NCBI RefSeq assembly: GCF_009914755.1
Contig: NC_060930.1
From: the human T2T-CHM13v2.0 reference genome, Homo sapiens
Strand: one strand, 5' to 3'
DNA length: 64,000 bases
The notes beneath the pieces were generated by a model. That model searched no databases, was not told where the DNA came from, and was given only the letters and a program-made list of their open reading frames with translations. Made by a program: the position numbers and the translations under genes. Positions 58,958 to 64,000 of this stretch are shown one piece after another. Positions within the stretch are counted from its first letter, which is position 1. Every line of letters starts with the position of its first letter.

Positions 58958-59888
58958 TAATCCCAATAGTTCTACTCCACTAATTCTTCTTTTCTAAACA
59001 TTGATCTCTTCTATGTGTCTCAGTCTTTATCTGCAGTTTTAGTGTCCTCACTGTGACTCAGTTGCAGCCAGCGCTGCTCTCATGTTTGGGTAAGGACGCT
59101 TACCCTCCGCACACGCAAGAAGCTTCATGCAAAACAGGGAGCCTCTGCAACAAACTCATGCACGTGATCAGCATTCAATACTTCTACTCGTGACAGCTAG
59201 AGGGAGGCCCATGTATAGAAGACATTTGAATTTTAAAATATGTAAGCATTTGCAGGCTAATTTTTAAAACCAACTTATTACATTACATTATGTATAACAG
59301 TGGTATTCTTAAGGGCCAGGAGCATAATTTCCATCTTTTCAATTCTTTCAAGTGCCTTCCTCCAGGGTCACTCCAAGATTTCATAATGTGGTCTATGGTA
59401 ATACCAGTCAGATGGAAAATCTCACTTGCTAAAGCCTGGCTCTCTCCAGGCGTTTGTATGTGAACAGTCAAAGTTGAAACTTCAAAGTTTATTTCATGAA
59501 ATTAAGGGCAAATGGTGCATTTCCCTTAATCAAGTATCAAAAGCAGCACGTGTGAGTGGACGCACTATGTGTGTGGCTCTGAGTGTGCACAGACACAACA
59601 CACACCATGCTCATTACCAGTCCCAGTACCGTGCAGCACAGCCACTGCATGTACCTGGAGTCTTTCCTGTGATATTAAAAAGATCCACTGGCGGCAGAAA
59701 CGATATCTAATGTATTCATTTCCCTCATGGAAGTAGGTACCTAACAGGCACTCAATAAATAACTTAGACTAAATGTAATTTTTTAAAAAGACTCATCTGC
59801 TAAAACAGTGCTTTTTATCCTTTGGTGTGTCATGGGTGCCTTTAAAACTGATCAAATGCACATGCTGCTCATCTGCATACCCACCTGA

Positions 59889-60051
59889 ACTCCACTTACT
59901 AGGGTGGCTTTCCACCCAAGTTGAGAAACTGTGTTCCAAACATTTAAACTTGGAGATGTCTCCTCCTAGCTTTACTCTCAGGACCTGGATCAGCCCCCAC
60001 ATTTCATCCCTGGACTCTGAGAGCAGGTTTCAAATCAGCCTTCCTGCCACT
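59889..60051 (+). repeat. Local direct repeat, copy 1
   Basis: Near-identical to 62092-62257. Confidence 0.95.
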
Positions 60052-60099
60052 TCTTCAAATTATTATCTGAGTCCTCTTTCTAGGATACTAAACGAATCA

Positions 60100-60495
60100 T
60101 ATTTCTTCACTACTTATACACCTGAATGAGACAAACCCTCTCAGACAGAGGTAAGGCCTGCTATACGTGGCTTCCTTCCTGCCTGCACTTTTAGCCTCAT
60201 CTGCTCCTCCTCGGATAGTACCCTCTGCACATGGGTGCTTTAAGGCCAAGACTTATGGCTTTCCCAGAACCTCCTCTCTGCCTCCTCCTCTTTCATTGTG
60301 TCACAGCTTAAAGATTGTCCCCATCTGAGAAGCCGTCCCAGGTTTCATCAGGCAGTGAAGAACAACTTCTACCACCTGTATAGCTCTGTCAAAGCAGTGA
60401 GGTTGCATTTTAATTGTCTTTTCCTATTTCTCCAGCCATGGGGAGAGGCCTGGTATATTGTAGGTGCATAAAAAATCTCTGTTGAAAGAATGAAC
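60100..60495 (+). mobile_element. L2 fragment
   Basis: Ends gcctggtatattgtaggtgcataaaaaatctctgttgaaagaatgaa. Confidence 0.6.
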
Positions 60496-60682
60496 TGACA
60501 CTGCACAACAAGACGGTCACATAAAACCACAGGAATCACTGGATGCAGATTTCAAGAATCCCTCAAAGGCTAAAATGCATCCATATCCTGTGTCCCTTTC
60601 CCCTTGCATCGTGTGGTCTGAGGGCTAGAAAAGCCATTTAAACGTACTTCTAAAAGTGCATACCTTTGCCAAAGCCTCTCAC

Positions 60683-60834
60683 CTCATCAATTTATATCTG
60701 GAAACAAAGGCTTTGCCACAGTCAGGCTGCACACACTTGTACGGCCGCTCCCTGGAGTGGGAATAATTGTGAATCGTGAACTTCTCCAGGGTGAGGAACG
60801 TCTTGCCACATAACTGGCAGGGGAACGTGGCCAT
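60683..60834 (-). CDS. PLAGL1: PLAGL1 first coding segment (ZF1 and most of ZF2)
   Basis: ATG at 60834 (cccATGG) encodes [50 protein letters not shown] plus AG, then a gtgaga donor. 152 nt. Confidence 0.97.
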
Positions 60835-61158
60835 GGGCTTTGCTTCTCACACCTTCCTTTTCAGATGTGCTGACCAAATGCTGTGCCATTTAAGCACAAA
60901 CAGAACGATGGTGCTGGGCACATCAGCAGAGTCCCTGCAGCTGAACTCCAGACCACGGGAGAGGCAGCATCGTGGGCCTGGTTCTACCCAGACATGGACC
61001 TCTCAGCTGTCACTAGCTTTGCTTCCTGCTTTCACACATCCCAGTTTACATGCAGTCTCAAGCTGAGGGGAGAAAGTCTGAGGCACAGGTGCGATTCAGG
61101 AGCAGAAAGGTAATCTGCATCACTATAGCTGGGGCATGTCCTGGGTCCCCCGGATTGG
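60835..61158 (-). other. PLAGL1: PLAGL1 5' UTR part of the 476-nt start-codon exon (61158-60683)
   Basis: Strong acceptor ttcctcttctctccacag (AG at 61160-61159). Further upstream exons and the imprinted promoter are outside the window. Confidence 0.8.
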
Positions 61159-61461
61159 CTGTGGAGAGAAGAGGAACAGTTTTCTTGCATTAGCCATTTG
61201 AAAACAATGCTTTTCCTCCCTGACCGCTTCAGAATCAACTACCCACAATCAACACGTTCCTTTAAATGGTGCTCATGGAACACAGTTCTCCATGTGAGAG
61301 GGCCATCTGCATACAAGTCTACACTTTTGGCTTCTCAGAGGGTGAGGAGTCAAGCACTGATGGCCAGTGGAGCACACTTTCCCTCTGGTAAGGAGAGTTC
61401 TTTCCACGGATCCAGTATTATCTATTTCAGGTCAGTGTGAAGCTCCATTGACCAAAGAGAA

Positions 61462-61497
<36 letters not shown>

Positions 61498-61498
61498 A
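61462..61498. repeat. (AAC)n microsatellite, ~11-12 units
   Basis: Seen directly, ~300 bp upstream of the PLAGL1 exon acceptor. Confidence 0.97.
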
Positions 61499-62091
61499 CG
61501 AAAACCTCCCTCCCTCAGTGTGTTCAAGTGTTTTTACTGGTCCATAAACAAAAATCACCCACACTTATTCAAACCACGGGCTCTTCCTCATCACTCATTG
61601 TTGGCATAACATTAGTTGCTTATCACACCTGTTTAAACTTCCAGAGGATAAGAAATAATTTGTATACACCTAAGTCAATTTGTTTGTAAGATTACTCTGC
61701 AGAAGGGCTGATATAAACAGAATGTGCATGAAGCTAGTCTAGTCTAGTTGCACTGATGTGGTGGCACAAAGCTGATAGCTCAGGAACCAGCCCAGGCCAC
61801 GTTCAGATTTGTAGGCACCATCCTCTAGTAAGTTCTACTAATCTCTTCCTTTTTTGTTTATGGACCTTTCTTCATTCCCTGGCCCTACCCTGGAGGGCCC
61901 ATCCAGCTACCTGCTGGTAGGCCACCTCCAGGAGATGGGCCTACTGCCTCCTCAAACCCAACTTGTCTCAAACCCAAATCATTATCATCCTTCTGACTCA
62001 GCCAGAGTCACCAAAAACCAGGTTCTTCTTTTTCTACCAATTGGCCATCATTGGAGGAACCTGAAGTGTCTGAGCCTGCATCATGAACAAT

Positions 62092-62257
62092 ACTCCACTT
62101 ACTAGGGTGGCTTTCCACCCAAGCTGAGAAACTGTGTTCCAAAAATTTACACTTGGAGATGTCTCCTCCTAGCTTCACTCTCAGGACCTGGACCAACCCC
62201 CCACATTTCATCCCTGGACTCTGACAGCAGGTTTCAAATCGGCCTCTACCTGCCACT
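62092..62257 (+). repeat. Local direct repeat, copy 2
   Basis: Near-identical to 59889-60051. Confidence 0.95.
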
Positions 62258-63487
62258 ACCTGCCAGGGTAAAGCCCTGGATCACTACCACCCTGTGCTAT
62301 TCTAGAGAGAGATTTTCAGGTGGGCAAATGCTCACCTTTCAAGTGCCAATACTTAAAAAAATTAAGAGTACTGTATGCTTAGGTGAAGTACACTTGAGTA
62401 GCTTTTGTCCACAGGCCAGCATTTGCTGAACTTTGCCAGTAAGCAGGGCACTTCATGGTAAACTGACCAATTGCAGTGAGTCTTTAAAGCCCTCCCTGCT
62501 CCTTGCAGTCATTTATTGCCATGTCTCTAGAGTTGCTCTTTATTGTTAAAAGTTAATTTTTACTTACCTTTTTGGTTACTTTCAGATCAGAAAGTATGAG
62601 TCTAACTAGATGAAACTTTATTGTAATAACAGTTTAAACATGTTTAAATATAGCATTATGTAGCACACGGACATAACCAAACACATATTCCTTTTCTAAC
62701 CAGCAAAAATTCCAGGAAACTTGTAGAGTTCCTCATCTTCTGTTGTAGATGTTTTCAGTGTCTGGACAGAGTTCGCGGTACCAAGCAAATACCCCTCACC
62801 ATCCTGCCTCACCCACTTGGAAACGTGAAAGCTGACTCGGGCACTTTTGGTCAGCGCTAATCCAAACCAGGGGACACACAGGAGTCCTCGGCCAGCACCT
62901 TGGCACCACACCTTCTTTGTGACGGCTGTGATTCTAGCAGCACACACAACCTCTGCAATTATGTGTGACTTTAACTAATTACCTGTCCCGGCTCTGCCCA
63001 AACCCCTTTCCCCCAACCCCTGGTTCCCTTCCAGTATTCTAGTTCATGCCTGAGGCCCTATCTTGAGGAATCCTCAACAGCCCTGGTCACAAACAAAATA
63101 ACTCCTTCTAGGAATTCTATTCCGCCTGCCGAGTTTGCTCTGCTAGGTATCATGATCTGTTCTACTTCTCACCCAGCCTAAGTTTGGCCATAATACCGGC
63201 CCAGCTATAAAACACACTCATTCACTTAGAATTGCTCTGTGTTCTTTCTAGGTTTATTAAAAAAGACTAACACACACAGAGTATGAAGTTTGAAAATGCA
63301 TCTTTTTCTCATTCCCTTTATAGCTGAACTCAAAATAGCACTCGTCCCACTCGCCCCTTCAGAGAAGGAGCTGCTTTGTTGGGGAAGGTTTTACATTTCT
63401 CTCACCTACTTAACACCCTGCATATACACTTTTCTCAACTTATCTCAGTAAGTTGATTCTCCCCAATTCTTGCTTTATGAGATGACT

Positions 63488-63646
63488 GGCATGTCCAACA
63501 GAACTTTCTGCAATGATGGAAATGTTACAGATGTGATGGCTACTGAGCACTCAAAATGTGCCTCTGAGAAACTGAAACTTTTACTTTATTTAACTTTAAT
63601 TTAAATTGCCACATAGTGCCAGTGGCTGCTGTCCTGGACGGCACAG
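63488..63646. mobile_element. MER3-like hAT MITE
   Basis: gtccaacagaactttctgcaatgatggaaatgtt...tggacggcacag. Confidence 0.75.
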
Positions 63647-63789
63647 GCAGACTCTTGGTATTCCCATCAAAGGAGAGGAAGGCAAGGCTGTGCTTTCCTT
63701 GGACACAACTGTGCTACTGATTGAGCCTCAGGTGTTTACCCTGAAGCTATAAATCCAGGCACTTGTTCTGTGAATCCAGTGGAAAGATT

Positions 63790-63960
63790 CCCCAGTTCAA
63801 ATTCCAACTTACCCATGTTATCTGTGTCGAGTTTCAGTTTCCTCATTTGTGATAGTTACCTGATGTATGTAAACAGGCTGCTGGGACAATCGACTGAGAC
63901 AAAATGGATCTGAAAGCACACTGTAACCTAAATAAACACCCTACAAATAGGCAGTATTTA
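63790..63960 (+). mobile_element. MIR
   Basis: cagtttcctcatttgtga core. Confidence 0.65.
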
Positions 63961-64000
63961 TGAAACACTGGAATTAAAAGTACTATAGAACCATGTGTCA

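Noticed and set aside
61005-61043. Minus-strand WDV*KQEAKLV resembling the PLAGL2 N-terminus
   Set aside because: Different frame from the CDS, needs gaps, and too short to tell from chance.
62560-62570. Consensus minus-strand donor AAG|GTAAGT suggesting another PLAGL1 exon
   Set aside because: I could not find a convincing partner acceptor, and isolated consensus donors are common.

Overview
This is primate (almost certainly human) genomic DNA that I recognise as the ZC2HC1B-PLAGL1 (ZAC1/LOT1) junction at 6q24. The + strand carries the last three coding exons of ZC2HC1B (11232-11371, 15724-15832, 50340-50424, stop at 50408-50410) and a non-coding terminal exon (~50833-51040). The - strand carries the complete PLAGL1 CDS (60834-60683 joined to 55355-54116, 463 aa, seven C2H2 fingers) and its 3' UTR. 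The two genes converge across a ~2 kb gap. Most of 1-49000 is transposon-derived: about 27 Alus, two L1-inside-L1 nests, a full-length THE1B MaLR, an MST LTR, Tigger/hAT MITEs, MIR and L2. Nearly all other ORFs in the track are repeat-derived. I found no new gene or unknown multi-gene system. The best leads are: a likely fossil of the PLAG1-type N-terminus/NLS in the PLAGL1 5' UTR; a dense uORF cluster there; a ~165 bp direct repeat bracketing the PLAGL1 start exon; a PLAGL1 poly(A) signal inside an old L1 fragment; a Cys-to-Arg zinc-ligand loss in ZC2HC1B; an internally deleted AluYb8; and several template-switch-like palindromes. Repeat subfamily names and paralog comparisons are from memory and need RepeatMasker or alignment confirmation.
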